DNA from: a virus
Taxonomy: Duplodnaviria > Caudoviricetes
Length of the DNA: 64,000 nt
Direction: 5' to 3' (one strand)
Virus record (IMG/VR): IMGVR_UViG_3300000239_000003
Location: 1,862 to 65,861 of that record
Shown here: one piece after another, positions 18,819 to 28,315 of the stretch
How the letters are laid out: each line of letters opens with the position of its first letter
How positions within the stretch are numbered: the stretch's first letter is position 1
Program-made: the position numbers and the translations under genes
The notes under the pieces: model-generated
Told to the model about the DNA's origin: nothing
Seen by the model: only the letters and a program-made list of their open reading frames with translations
Databases searched by the model: none

Positions 18819-19621
18819 TGATTATCTCCTTCTTTAATAATTGGTTTGTCTATTCCTTTATAGGAAATAGAGTCTTCCCCCCTGCCATCATTTAATTTCT
18901 GACTCACGCCATCGGGGCCAAAAAATCTAGCATCCATTCCCATTCCTCGCCAAGCCCACATTTCGTTCCATACCACTTTAGCTCTTTCTAATGCAGGATC
19001 GTTATCATTTTTATTCCAATCGTCAACTGCTATTTTAAATTCTGCAATTTCTTCGTTTAATTTTTTTTGATGATCGGCTCTTTCTATGTCTAATATTCGT
19101 TGGCATTCAGCTCTCTCTTTGTCTAATACTTGTTGACGAGTTGGATCTAATAGGCATGGGGTGAATTCTTTTTCATTGTCATTCCAAAAACATATCAGAA
19201 CTGAGTCCGGCTCGGAAAATCCGGGCCTTGGGGATTTTTCTTCATTTGAAGATACTTTAAAAATCCAATGTCCAACGGATCCTGCCCTGTCCATGTTAAC
19301 CACATCACTATAATTACCATCAATTACTTGTTGAATATCCTCACAGCATCCACTAACAATAGTTTCATATTTAAAATTATCTCCAGCAATAATACTAGTA
19401 TTATCTATTTCTATTGCTTTTATATAAATTTCTCTGCCAGCAAGAAAATTAGTACATGATATTGATACTACATCATTATTTGAATTTTTAAAATCTATTC
19501 CTTTATACTCTAAAAACTCTACCTCATCAACTAAAATGCCTTGATCAATCGTTTCATGATTAATTTTTATACGATATGCTGTGTTTTCTTTTGAGCCTTG
19601 TTGTAATTTAATTCGTAACAT
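18815..19621 (-). CDS. hypothetical protein (N-terminal beta-sandwich related to the 24301-26422 family)
   Basis: YRIKIN...EIYIKAIEIDN pattern. Confidence 0.55.
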   Translation of the reverse strand: MLRIKLQQGSKENTAYRIKINHETIDQGILVDEVEFLEYKGIDFKNSNNDVVSISCTNFLAGREIYIKAIEIDNTSIIAGDNFKYETIVSGCCEDIQQVIDGNYSDVVNMDRAGSVGHWIFKVSSNEEKSPRPGFSEPDSVLICFWNDNEKEFTPCLLDPTRQQVLDKERAECQRILDIERADHQKKLNEEIAEFKIAVDDWNKNDNDPALERAKVVWNEMWAWRGMGMDARFFGPDGVSQKLNDGRGEDSISYKGIDKPIIKEGDNQ

Positions 19622-19927
19622 TTATATTCTCAATTTCGCTTCATAATAGATACCGTCTTTTGTTTTAAATGGTATTTCTTCGTCTTCCATTATAATTTTA
19701 TGTAATTTTATTTCTGCTAATGCTGTTTTTATATTTTCTACTATAATTTTGTGTAAACCTTTTTTAAAATTTATAGTAACTATTTCTTCTAAATATTCAT
19801 TATTCTTCTTTCGAGGAGTTACTCCCCTTTCAGAGATTAGAAAATTATCTATCCATATACGTATAACTGGTGGTTTAAAATCCCAATCGCTATCAAGATA
19901 AAAATGTATTGTTTTCTTTTCAGGCAT
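19622..19927 (-). CDS. hypothetical beta-rich protein
   Basis: PPVIRIWID...GLHKIIVENI; directly behind a consensus promoter. Confidence 0.6.
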   Translation of the reverse strand: MPEKKTIHFYLDSDWDFKPPVIRIWIDNFLISERGVTPRKKNNEYLEEIVTINFKKGLHKIIVENIKTALAEIKLHKIIMEDEEIPFKTKDGIYYEAKLRI

Positions 19928-19934
19928 ACATCAT

Positions 19935-19963
19935 ATTATATAGTGATTTTAGTATTGTGTCAA
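19935..19963 (-). promoter_or_regulatory. consensus sigma70 promoter
   Basis: TTGACA-N17-TATAAT, ATG after a 7-nt spacer. Confidence 0.85.
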
Positions 19964-19974
19964 GCAGAATCCGA

Positions 19975-20955
19975 TTAATCGCTATAACCAAGTTCAGCCA
20001 AGCGATCCATTTGTTTTGTATTACCAGTTTCCTTTGCAAACTGATATAATTCTTTAGCATATTCTGGATTACGTGCTAGTTTACTGGCGGGAATTCCAGA
20101 ATAAGGATCTGCTAAGAAACTATTTTTTATTAATGGTTTATCAGTCGCTCTATATAATTTCATTGCTTGGCGCCCAGTATCAATTTTTGTTCGATCCATA
20201 TCTTTCAGATGTGCATCAAGTTTTGCTTGTAACTTTTTATTGGTTGGATCTTGTTTTACATAATCTTGCAATACTCGCTTCTTGGCCATATTAGTACCAT
20301 AATTGCCATATTTTTCTTCCCATTTCTTCTGACTTTTATCGTCTTCTGCCTTTTTTGCATCAAGGTCGGATTGCCATACTTCTTTTCTTACTTTCTTACC
20401 GTCTTTATCCCTCTCAACGCTTACCTCGAGCCTTTTATCTCTTGGATCACCTTTTTTAACATAGGCATCAGCTCTTATTTGATCCACTACTTGTACTTTA
20501 GCTCCACGGCGCAAATCTGTATCTTTTAATTCTCGATCAAGATCATACTCAGCATGTTTTTGACCTAAAATATTACGATCATAATATTTTGATTTACCTG
20601 TCTCTGCCTCTTTATCACGACGTTGATCTGCTAAACCTTTAAGATCTGGGCCAGTGCGTACTTCCTTATGACCTGGTTGTCCTTTTGTACCATATGAGGT
20701 ATAACTACTTGGCTCACTTACAATTTGTCCTGTTCTAGGATCTTTAAAATAACCAGATAATCTATCTTTGTTGGGGTTTTTAGGACGACTTGCAGCTATT
20801 TTCTTTTGTTTTTCTGTTCGTTGTATTAGATCTGATTTAGACACAGATACTTTTGGTGCCGTTGGATCAACAGTAGTACCAGATTTAACTCTTGGATCTG
20901 CAATTGTCACTCTATCTGTTTCAGTTTTTTCAGTTAAAATATCTTTTATGTTCAT
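19975..20955 (-). CDS. charged putative internal head protein
   Basis: Starts MNIKDILTE (prohead-protease-type leader), highly K/D/R-rich; ATAAGTA late-like element upstream. Confidence 0.6.
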   Translation of the reverse strand: MNIKDILTEKTETDRVTIADPRVKSGTTVDPTAPKVSVSKSDLIQRTEKQKKIAASRPKNPNKDRLSGYFKDPRTGQIVSEPSSYTSYGTKGQPGHKEVRTGPDLKGLADQRRDKEAETGKSKYYDRNILGQKHAEYDLDRELKDTDLRRGAKVQVVDQIRADAYVKKGDPRDKRLEVSVERDKDGKKVRKEVWQSDLDAKKAEDDKSQKKWEEKYGNYGTNMAKKRVLQDYVKQDPTNKKLQAKLDAHLKDMDRTKIDTGRQAMKLYRATDKPLIKNSFLADPYSGIPASKLARNPEYAKELYQFAKETGNTKQMDRLAELGYSD

Positions 20956-20973
20956 TATTATATACTTATCTGA

Positions 20974-22803
20974 CTACATATTGGCGTGCATTGCCGCCAT
21001 GTGCTTCTTATATTTCTTCGTGCCTTTTTTATGCGGACTCTTACCTTCTAAAGCATTAGCAATACTGCTACTATGCTCTGGCTTTTCTTCCTCATTCAAA
21101 CTATCGTCTAAATCCCAAGGACCCCAATGCCCTTGTTTTAACATATTAGCAAGACCTTTATGATGTTCATATCTAGCAAAAGCACCTTTTGTTTCTTCAA
21201 CACCGCCTAGTTTATAATATTGTTCCTTACGCATTACAATATTATTACCATTGGCTTGATCAAACACTACATCACCCATCTCAGTCCATGCGTGTGGGAA
21301 TCTGCGTCCTTCTAATTTGCCTTGGCCACGCACTAATGCATGAACTAATGTTGTATTGTCTATCAACATTTCTTCTGTATCCATCAAAGCACGGCCTGCT
21401 TTACTAAAGCAATCACCACAAGCATCTTCTGTAATTGTAGCAAGTCCTTCACTAAACCCTGATTGTTGGTCCATCCAATCCAATGCTTCTCTATTTGTAA
21501 CTGGTGTTGCTAACCAACGTTGCATACTATTATATGCTTTTTTCACACGATCTTCATTCTCTGAATTTTCTGAATTATCTATTACATAAAAATCATTACG
21601 GCCAAATAACATTTGGAAATTTCCAACATTTTCTTGGGCCATTTTCCATCCCTTGTTTAATAATTTTTCTGGAACAGAGCGTTCTGGGCGTTGCATGTTT
21701 CGTCCTTGCGCCGTTTCAAGATTGGTATTAACAAATATCATTCGTGTTTCATATCCAATATCTTCTAAATCTTTCTTTGCTTTTGCGATTTTCTCATAAT
21801 CTTTAGCAGTACCATCAATAATAAGTCCTAGTCTACCATCAAGATAATTACCTCTACGAGTATTTGTTAATTCTTTAGCACGACCACGTTGAACATCCCT
21901 ATCTGCTTGTTCTTCATCAGGCATTTTAGGATCTAAATCGTGTTTAACCATTAAGTATTCTAATGCTTGATCTGTATTAACTACTTTAAGTCCACTGCCA
22001 CCAAGCATTGCTCGTGACATATAACTCTTGCCTGAACCAGGGCCACCAGCCATAAACACCGCTTTAAAAATATGCGGATCATTTACACCTTCAGTAAGTT
22101 CTTTTTTAGGTTCTTTATGGTCTATATACGCCTGTATAATTTTATCATCTATATCGTGTAAACGTTCCCAATCTGGATCGTCTACATACTCAATACCTGC
22201 TTCGCGATCTGCTTTCATATCGCCTTCGCGTAACTTCGGGGTAACTTGTGCTAACCACTCATCTCGTGATATACCAAGATCACCAGGCTTACCTAAATCA
22301 TCTACTCTAATAGCATCTATAATTCTGTCTGCTCTGATATCTGAACCACTTCGTAATGCTCTGCCTTTATTAGCAACAAATGGATCTTCTGCCGGGTCAT
22401 CATCCCAAATCTCATCTTCCATATCAATACGTATAATGGAAATGTCTTTATCTGTATCACGAAACTCCCAAGCCATTTTGCCTGCCCAGTTTAATGCATC
22501 TTCTGGATCATCAAATGCAAATATACCTGCTTCTTCGTTATATCTACTACCACCTGGGCCTTTAATCCATAAACTAGGCTGGAATTGTAGCAATCCTTTT
22601 TGCTTAATGCTAGGAACGTTCTTAGTAAATGTAGCATGATACAAATACTTTGGCATTGTTTCGTCGCCCGCCTCATAGATGTCTTTGATAAAGTTTTTAT
22701 ATACCATATTATCAGCAGAATAACCTGTCTCATATTTGGATTTGCGTTTATAACTGCGCCGATTTTTTAATACATTACGACTGACAAGATCATGTAGTTT
22801 CAT
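20974..22803 (-). CDS. multidomain putative virion protein: ART-like domain + P-loop kinase (zeta-toxin/AAA_33-like) + Cys-His domain
   Basis: YLYHAT...SIKQKGL; MAGGPGSGKS...IIDGT; GDCFSKA...VHALV...HAW; start trimmed to MKLHDL behind ATAAATA. Confidence 0.7.
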   Translation of the reverse strand: MKLHDLVSRNVLKNRRSYKRKSKYETGYSADNMVYKNFIKDIYEAGDETMPKYLYHATFTKNVPSIKQKGLLQFQPSLWIKGPGGSRYNEEAGIFAFDDPEDALNWAGKMAWEFRDTDKDISIIRIDMEDEIWDDDPAEDPFVANKGRALRSGSDIRADRIIDAIRVDDLGKPGDLGISRDEWLAQVTPKLREGDMKADREAGIEYVDDPDWERLHDIDDKIIQAYIDHKEPKKELTEGVNDPHIFKAVFMAGGPGSGKSYMSRAMLGGSGLKVVNTDQALEYLMVKHDLDPKMPDEEQADRDVQRGRAKELTNTRRGNYLDGRLGLIIDGTAKDYEKIAKAKKDLEDIGYETRMIFVNTNLETAQGRNMQRPERSVPEKLLNKGWKMAQENVGNFQMLFGRNDFYVIDNSENSENEDRVKKAYNSMQRWLATPVTNREALDWMDQQSGFSEGLATITEDACGDCFSKAGRALMDTEEMLIDNTTLVHALVRGQGKLEGRRFPHAWTEMGDVVFDQANGNNIVMRKEQYYKLGGVEETKGAFARYEHHKGLANMLKQGHWGPWDLDDSLNEEEKPEHSSSIANALEGKSPHKKGTKKYKKHMAAMHANM

Positions 22804-22827
22804 ATATGTATTTATTTCGATTATTAC

Positions 22828-22856
22828 TTGACTGGTAAATAGAAACACTATATAAT
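22828..22856 (+). promoter_or_regulatory. sigma70 promoter for guaC (probably leaderless)
   Basis: TTGACT-N17-TATAAT; ATG at 22863 after a 6-nt spacer, no SD. Confidence 0.8.
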
Positions 22857-22862
22857 ATACGT

Positions 22863-23927
22863 ATGAGAATAGAAACAGACATTAAACTAGACTACAAAGA
22901 CGTCTTACTAAAACCTAAACGTTCTACGCTATCCAGTAGGCGTAGCGTTACGATAGAACGTGACTTTACATTTAGACACTGGAATGACACTAGAGAATCA
23001 TGGTCAGGTGTTCCTATTATGGCGTCCAACATGGATGGTGTAGGTACCTTTTCAATGGCAAACGTATTGCAAAACTACAATATGTTAACGATTATTAAAA
23101 AGCATTACACAATAGAAGATTGGGAAAATGCAGTAGGGCATGGTATGAGTTTAAGTAATATAGCAGTTAGCACAGGAACCAATGCTATATTTGATCCAGA
23201 TGCAGAAGATTACAAAAAAGCACAAGAAATACTTACACGTTGGCCTGATATTAAATTTATTTGTATTGATGTTGCCAATGGCTATCAGCAAAACTTTTCA
23301 GATTTTGTGAGAGAAGTGAGAGAAAGGTTTCCTAAAAAGATTATCATAGCAGGTAATGTTATTACAGGTGAAATGACTGAGCAATTATGTATTGCTGGTG
23401 CCGATATTGTAAAATGCGGTATCGGGCCTGGCTCAGTATGCACAACACGAATAATGACCGGTGTTGGTATGCCACAATTAAGTGGTATTATGGAATGTGC
23501 TGATGCCGCACATGGATTAGGCGGGCATATTATAGCAGATGGTGGTTGCACAGAGCCTGGTGATGTTGCTAAAGCATTTGGTGCCGGCGCTGACTTTGTT
23601 ATGTTAGGTGGAATGCTTGCTGGACATGATGAGAGTGAACTATCTGAAGTTGCAGGGCAATATGAGTTTTACGGTATGAGTTCCAATCGCGCAATGCAGG
23701 AACACGGCACACGTAAAGATGGATATAGAAGTTCTGAAGGGCGTCATATTAGATTAGATGCTCGTGGCCCAGTAGAACACACTGTAGTAGAAATACTTGG
23801 TGGTGTGCGTAGTGCTTGCACATATATTGGTGCTCGTCGTATTAAAGATATACCCAAATCTGCAACATTTGTCTTAGTTAATACTACATATAATACTGTT
23901 TACTTACAAAACACAGTAGGAGATTAA
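22863..23927 (+). CDS. guaC: GMP reductase
   Basis: [57 protein letters not shown]. Confidence 0.95.
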   Translation: MRIETDIKLDYKDVLLKPKRSTLSSRRSVTIERDFTFRHWNDTRESWSGVPIMASNMDGVGTFSMANVLQNYNMLTIIKKHYTIEDWENAVGHGMSLSNIAVSTGTNAIFDPDAEDYKKAQEILTRWPDIKFICIDVANGYQQNFSDFVREVRERFPKKIIIAGNVITGEMTEQLCIAGADIVKCGIGPGSVCTTRIMTGVGMPQLSGIMECADAAHGLGGHIIADGGCTEPGDVAKAFGAGADFVMLGGMLAGHDESELSEVAGQYEFYGMSSNRAMQEHGTRKDGYRSSEGRHIRLDARGPVEHTVVEILGGVRSACTYIGARRIKDIPKSATFVLVNTTYNTVYLQNTVGD

Positions 23928-23928
23928 C

Positions 23929-24309
23929 ATGGCTTGGCAATACCAAATAAGGTTTACTTTAGATATTCCTGGAGAAATGCCTTCAGAAGTAACCTCATTA
24001 TTAAATACTTACAACGCCGTTCCTATGTGTCAGTATGATTTGTTTGCTGGATATTGTAGAGAAGCTGAACAAGAAGGTGTTGAAGATTATCCATTATATA
24101 ATTGGACTATAGATACTATTACTAATCCAAAGAAAAAAGAAAAATATCAAAAAGTTTATAGCATTTATGTAAATGGTGATGAGATATATGATAAAACTAT
24201 TGCTGATGAAATAGAACAAGAATTATTGGCACTAGGGCATGTAGGAATAAACACTATCACTAAACACGATTCTAATCCTGCTAACAACCCACAGCCACCT
24301 TCACGCTAA
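23929..24309 (+). CDS. conserved hypothetical protein (bacterial-like)
   Basis: MAWQYQIR...YPLYNWT...HDSNPANNPQPP; AGGAG RBS. Confidence 0.7.
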   Translation: MAWQYQIRFTLDIPGEMPSEVTSLLNTYNAVPMCQYDLFAGYCREAEQEGVEDYPLYNWTIDTITNPKKKEKYQKVYSIYVNGDEIYDKTIADEIEQELLALGHVGINTITKHDSNPANNPQPPSR

Positions 24310-25128
24310 ATCATCTCCAAATATATTATCTGACACCCACGCATAAAACGGCGTTTTAAAGTTTATTACCCATTTGCCGTTTAAACTAATAGTAGCATCA
24401 TTAGGTATGTGATGTATTAACTTATTCTCTTCTACATATAAATTAGGATTCTTAGCGTTATCTGCTATAAAATGAATATCATTGGTACAATCATAATACA
24501 AATTTTTCCCTTTTAATATATAACCGCTATTAGCTATATAATAGCCAGTGTATTGTGTAAACTCTCCTGTTACATTATTAAACACACGTGGGTTGTTTCC
24601 TTGTACGTTGCTGTGCCTAAAGTGTAATAATCTAAAATCTTCAATAATAAACACTTCGCCTCGCTTGTGCCGGCCGCGTCTATTGTCATTATTAATTTGA
24701 CTATACGTGTAATATGGATTATTAGTGCAATCTAAATATACGTGACCACGTCTGTGTATTAAGTCGCACAAATCTATACCACATATATCTAAATATTTTA
24801 TATTGACGCCAAAATCGCCCTTTACATAATCGTCAGGATATACAGCATTGGAATGTTCTATTATTAATGTATAGTCATTCTCTATGTTGTCGTCAATATC
24901 TACTTTGAATTTATAATGTTGTTCACCTTTCCATCCACCAGAATCAATCGACGTATTATATTGATCGCCTATATGCGGTACTTGTTCAATAGGATGTTGA
25001 GGAGTACTCCAATCTGCTAACGATTCACCACGTATTAATCCATCGTTACATAGTATCTTGTATTTTAAATCAGGAAACTTACTTCCAGTCCAATCAAAGG
25101 TAGTACTGAAGTGAACTGTAAAGGCCAT
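24301..25128 (-). CDS. hypothetical protein, paralog family member 1
   Basis: DFGVNIKYLDI...NGKWVINFKTPFYAWV. Confidence 0.65.
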   Translation of the reverse strand: MAFTVHFSTTFDWTGSKFPDLKYKILCNDGLIRGESLADWSTPQHPIEQVPHIGDQYNTSIDSGGWKGEQHYKFKVDIDDNIENDYTLIIEHSNAVYPDDYVKGDFGVNIKYLDICGIDLCDLIHRRGHVYLDCTNNPYYTYSQINNDNRRGRHKRGEVFIIEDFRLLHFRHSNVQGNNPRVFNNVTGEFTQYTGYYIANSGYILKGKNLYYDCTNDIHFIADNAKNPNLYVEENKLIHHIPNDATISLNGKWVINFKTPFYAWVSDNIFGDDLA

Positions 25129-25129
25129 T

Positions 25130-25774
25130 TTACTGCAATAATAGTTCTAATAACCAAAGATAAAGAGGTGTTTTAAAAGTGAAATTCATAGTAGATCCTG
25201 GCATATGAACATAATCACCAGTGGATGTATACCAATATCTGCCATCTATTATTTGTAATTTATCTGTTAATCCTTCCGGAACAAGATGATGTTGAATAAA
25301 TCCATCATCTGCATAGTTCTCTTCCAAACATAATGGTACAGAAATTACACTAGTGTCATATATAAGACTTGATACAGATATTTCGTTAATTTCTATATCT
25401 CTCACAAACACACCAAAATCTTCGTTAAATCCTGTTTCTTTATCAAGTTCTTTGATACTATCAATATGAGTAAAATTCCAATTTGGCGATAACTTTAAAT
25501 TATGTTCCATATCAACATCATCATCTAAGTCTACAGTAAATTCTGTTGTTACATATTTTTCATATTCATTTTTAGCATTCACCATGCCGGGATCGTCATC
25601 CGACAGGCCGGTCCAAGCAGGAAGTTGTGTATCTTCACTATCTTTCTTCACTATAAATTTTTCATCTATGATATTATTATCAAATTCAATTTTTAGCGTA
25701 GGACTAATGATTTCATCAACGCGAACTAAATGTTCTGGTTCAAAATATAATTTAATTTTAAAAGGTTCATTCAT
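25130..25774 (-). CDS. hypothetical protein, paralog family member 2
   Basis: DFGVFVRDIEI...FTFKTPLYLWL; start trimmed to MNEPF behind ATAAATA. Confidence 0.65.
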   Translation of the reverse strand: MNEPFKIKLYFEPEHLVRVDEIISPTLKIEFDNNIIDEKFIVKKDSEDTQLPAWTGLSDDDPGMVNAKNEYEKYVTTEFTVDLDDDVDMEHNLKLSPNWNFTHIDSIKELDKETGFNEDFGVFVRDIEINEISVSSLIYDTSVISVPLCLEENYADDGFIQHHLVPEGLTDKLQIIDGRYWYTSTGDYVHMPGSTMNFTFKTPLYLWLLELLLQ

Positions 25775-25873
25775 GCTAGTATTTATTTTAGTTAAAAAAA
25801 TACGGTCAAATAATGACCGCATTTTTATATTTCTGAATAATTTTATAAATTATTCGATGTGCGTATTTGCCGT

Positions 25874-26422
25874 TTAGTTATTATTGATGCTACGCATCCA
25901 AGGTTCTAATGGACTATCAAACTGAAAAGTCCAGGATCCTTTGCCGCATATAAGGCCTGCATTATCAGGCCATTCACATTTGCTATATGTATATGATCCA
26001 TATCCAAAATCTACAGTTTCAATACTACCTGCTACAAGAATATCGGTATCTAATAATATTTGCATAGCGTCATCTATATGAGTGTATATTTTTAGGTATG
26101 GTGCTAGTAACATATCTGCTAGACCATAATCCACACCTTCGATGTTAATTGATTCTAATTTAACGGATGGGGTTTCGTTTTCAGCTGCCAATAGATCAAA
26201 TTGTACATTATGTGTACCAGGATTGCTTTCCATAGTATCAGTACATTGAACATGGAATGAGTGGCTAGGTCTATCCAAAGTAGGATCCTCATGACCACTG
26301 CCTATGTAAAAATTTTGATCAACGCCTGGTTCGTGTTGCGGCACAACACCATTTACTTTTTGAACGATACGTGATCTAAACGCATCCTCAGTAGTAAACG
26401 TAAATTTTAACCATTCTACCAT
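25874..26422 (-). CDS. hypothetical protein, paralog family member 3
   Basis: VKLESINIEG...GSWTFQFDSPLEPWM; start MVEWL with GGAG RBS. Confidence 0.6.
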   Translation of the reverse strand: MVEWLKFTFTTEDAFRSRIVQKVNGVVPQHEPGVDQNFYIGSGHEDPTLDRPSHSFHVQCTDTMESNPGTHNVQFDLLAAENETPSVKLESINIEGVDYGLADMLLAPYLKIYTHIDDAMQILLDTDILVAGSIETVDFGYGSYTYSKCEWPDNAGLICGKGSWTFQFDSPLEPWMRSINNN

Positions 26423-26476
26423 TTTGTATTTTCTCCCACGGGTTTTCATGAAAACCAGTTAGTAACTGGTTGCTCA

Positions 26477-26484
26477 TATTTATA
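26477..26484 (-). promoter_or_regulatory. T4-like late promoter TATAAATA
   Basis: Exact TATAAATA in intergenic gap; the same octamer lies upstream of genes at 7771-7778, 30073-30080, 35710-35717 and 39473-39480. Confidence 0.7.
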
Positions 26485-26496
26485 CAAAATGTTAAA

Positions 26497-27297
26497 TTAT
26501 ATACGCAACTTCACTCGATTAATCATTGTTTCCCTACCACCAGTGTATTTGCTTACTTCGTGGCTTTTAACAAATCCAGCAATTTCAAATTTATCACCGG
26601 GTTCACTATTCATAGCAAAGTCATGGGTGAAGAATTTTACAACATTATTATCTTCATCAACACAGGTAACAATGGTACAATTATGATTAGGAATGTAACG
26701 AGTACTTACTACTTGAAGGTCAAAATTACATCTTTTGCCTTCCGTGCCAGTATAATCACTAACATCAGCAAGATCGCGTTCTACCTCTGCCGCTTTATCC
26801 CATTTTTTAGAATTGTAAAAGGCTTTGGGCAACGATGCTACCAATCCAAATTCATTAATTGGTATTCGTTCCTCGTTTATAACTTTAAGTATTGTTTGGT
26901 TAAAGTCACTCATTTTGCCGCTTAACTGCTTAAACAACAACCCTTGAAAGTAAGAGGTTATGTCTTCTGCCAATTCTTTATCCTTGGCAGTAATTTCCAC
27001 CTCTCTCCCTTCCTGCAGATCATCATATGCGAGAACCATATGATCTCTGTTTGCCATTATTTGGACGCGATCCACGTTGCTCGATATACCTTTCTGATGC
27101 TCAACATGCTTTTCATACTTTGCATCTAACGCGGCATAGTATGCTTCTTGGCTCTTAATGTGGGTTCGTTTATTCAAACGATATGCGGTGCAGGCTAATT
27201 GAATAGCCAATGGCGTTTCAATCATTGCTTCACTTTTGCGATACATACGGTAAATTTTACCGGCAAATAATGTATCACGTTTTTTAAGCTTTCCCAT
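26497..27297 (-). CDS. putative early protein with C-terminal OB-fold-like domain
   Basis: FGLVASLP...GFVKSHEVSKYTGGRETMINRVK; start trimmed to MGKLKK (TAATG overlap). Confidence 0.65.
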   Translation of the reverse strand: MGKLKKRDTLFAGKIYRMYRKSEAMIETPLAIQLACTAYRLNKRTHIKSQEAYYAALDAKYEKHVEHQKGISSNVDRVQIMANRDHMVLAYDDLQEGREVEITAKDKELAEDITSYFQGLLFKQLSGKMSDFNQTILKVINEERIPINEFGLVASLPKAFYNSKKWDKAAEVERDLADVSDYTGTEGKRCNFDLQVVSTRYIPNHNCTIVTCVDEDNNVVKFFTHDFAMNSEPGDKFEIAGFVKSHEVSKYTGGRETMINRVKLRI

Positions 27298-27557
27298 TAC
27301 GCCACTCCTACTAAGGCACGATCCCAAAAAGTTTCGCCCCAAATGTTTTCCATATCTGCGTCTACCGGAGCATACGCTGTTATGGCATATACCGCGGCCC
27401 GTCTCGCCGATGCATCAGCACCAGACTGTAAGGTGGATCGTAAATCTTCTATACGGTCCTCGTTAGATATGCCTCTGAAGGTTTCCATAACTCTACTGAA
27501 AACCTCGCCGGTAACTTCGTTTTCAAAGTCAACCAACACATCAAATCGCTGTGCCAT
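27297..27557 (-). CDS. putative early hypothetical protein
   Basis: MAQRFDVLVDF...; TAATG overlaps at both ends; higher GC than flanks. Confidence 0.6.
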   Translation of the reverse strand: MAQRFDVLVDFENEVTGEVFSRVMETFRGISNEDRIEDLRSTLQSGADASARRAAVYAITAYAPVDADMENIWGETFWDRALVGVA

Positions 27558-27733
27558 TATTTCATCCCCTTGAGCGCGGCCGCCAGTTGATCCAATTGTT
27601 TTGCCGCCAACGCTTTCTGTACTGCTGAATTGGCAACGGCACGACACAAGGCTTCACGTTCCTTGTTGCGTTCATTTTTTTCAAAGTTTCTCTCACGTTC
27701 TATATCGCGGAGCATATCTGCTGGTATTGACAT
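27557..27733 (-). CDS. putative early hypothetical protein
   Basis: MSIPADML... with AAGGA RBS; first gene after promoter at 27831-27858. Confidence 0.6.
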   Translation of the reverse strand: MSIPADMLRDIERERNFEKNERNKEREALCRAVANSAVQKALAAKQLDQLAAALKGMK

Positions 27734-27830
27734 TTGTTTTCCTTGGGAGAAAGTGAGGGGCACCGCAACCTGGTTGGCACTGTTGAAAGAGTGTGGGTAA
27801 TCCCATACCCCTCTTTTAATCTATACCACT

Positions 27831-27858
27831 ATTATAGCATATCGAGCGATCTAGTCTA
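27831..27858 (-). promoter_or_regulatory. early sigma70-type promoter
   Basis: TAGACT-N16-TATAAT with extended -10 (TGC TATAAT). Confidence 0.7.
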
Positions 27859-27870
27859 TCTTTTATGGGC

Positions 27871-27936
27871 ATGTAAGTACTTGATTTTATTGAAGATATA
27901 TAAAAAGAAAAAGTCAATGAGATCAATGACTTACAT
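27871..27936. promoter_or_regulatory. imperfect inverted repeat carrying two IHF-like sites
   Basis: Arms 27871-27893 and 27914-27936 (19/23 match); AATCAAGTACTTA and GATCAATGACTTA vs IHF consensus WATCAANNNNTTR. Confidence 0.6.
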
Positions 27937-27946
27937 TTTACCCATG

Positions 27947-27972
27947 AAAAAAGGCCCGTAAATCAGGCCTTT
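27947..27972 (-). terminator. rho-independent terminator
   Basis: Minus strand AAGGCCTG-ATTTA-CGGGCCTTTTTT just after the 27991..28218 stop. Confidence 0.8.
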
Positions 27973-27990
27973 CCCCAATAAAACTTTTAA

Positions 27991-28218
27991 TTAGTCCTTG
28001 TTAAAACACCAGTAAAGAACTGCTAAGGCTACTAAACCTACTAGTCCCTGACTACCTAGTGAACTAACTAGACCAGTAATATTACCGACTACGTCAACAC
28101 CCAAGAAAGGTACTGTGCCGCCAAATAATACTTGTAATACTACGGATAGAGCAATTGCTACAACACCGACATCAATGATGCCACGTGCCCATCCTTTTAC
28201 TTTACCTAAAATATCCAT
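27991..28218 (-). CDS. small two-helix membrane protein (paralog of 323..556)
   Basis: Hydrophobic 75 aa; shared DVVGNITGLVSSLGSQGLVGLVA; AGGAG upstream; own terminator. Confidence 0.75.
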   Translation of the reverse strand: MDILGKVKGWARGIIDVGVVAIALSVVLQVLFGGTVPFLGVDVVGNITGLVSSLGSQGLVGLVALAVLYWCFNKD

Positions 28219-28272
28219 CTTATTTCATTTCTCCTTTGTTAAGTTGAGATAGAGCTTAAAATTAATACATAT

Positions 28273-28300
28273 AAAAAGTGGGCACAATCCGTACCCACTC
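28273..28300 (-). terminator. rho-independent terminator
   Basis: Minus strand AGTGGGTAC-GGATT-GTGCCCACT followed by T-run. Confidence 0.7.
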
Positions 28301-28315
28301 AATATAATGTTTTAA

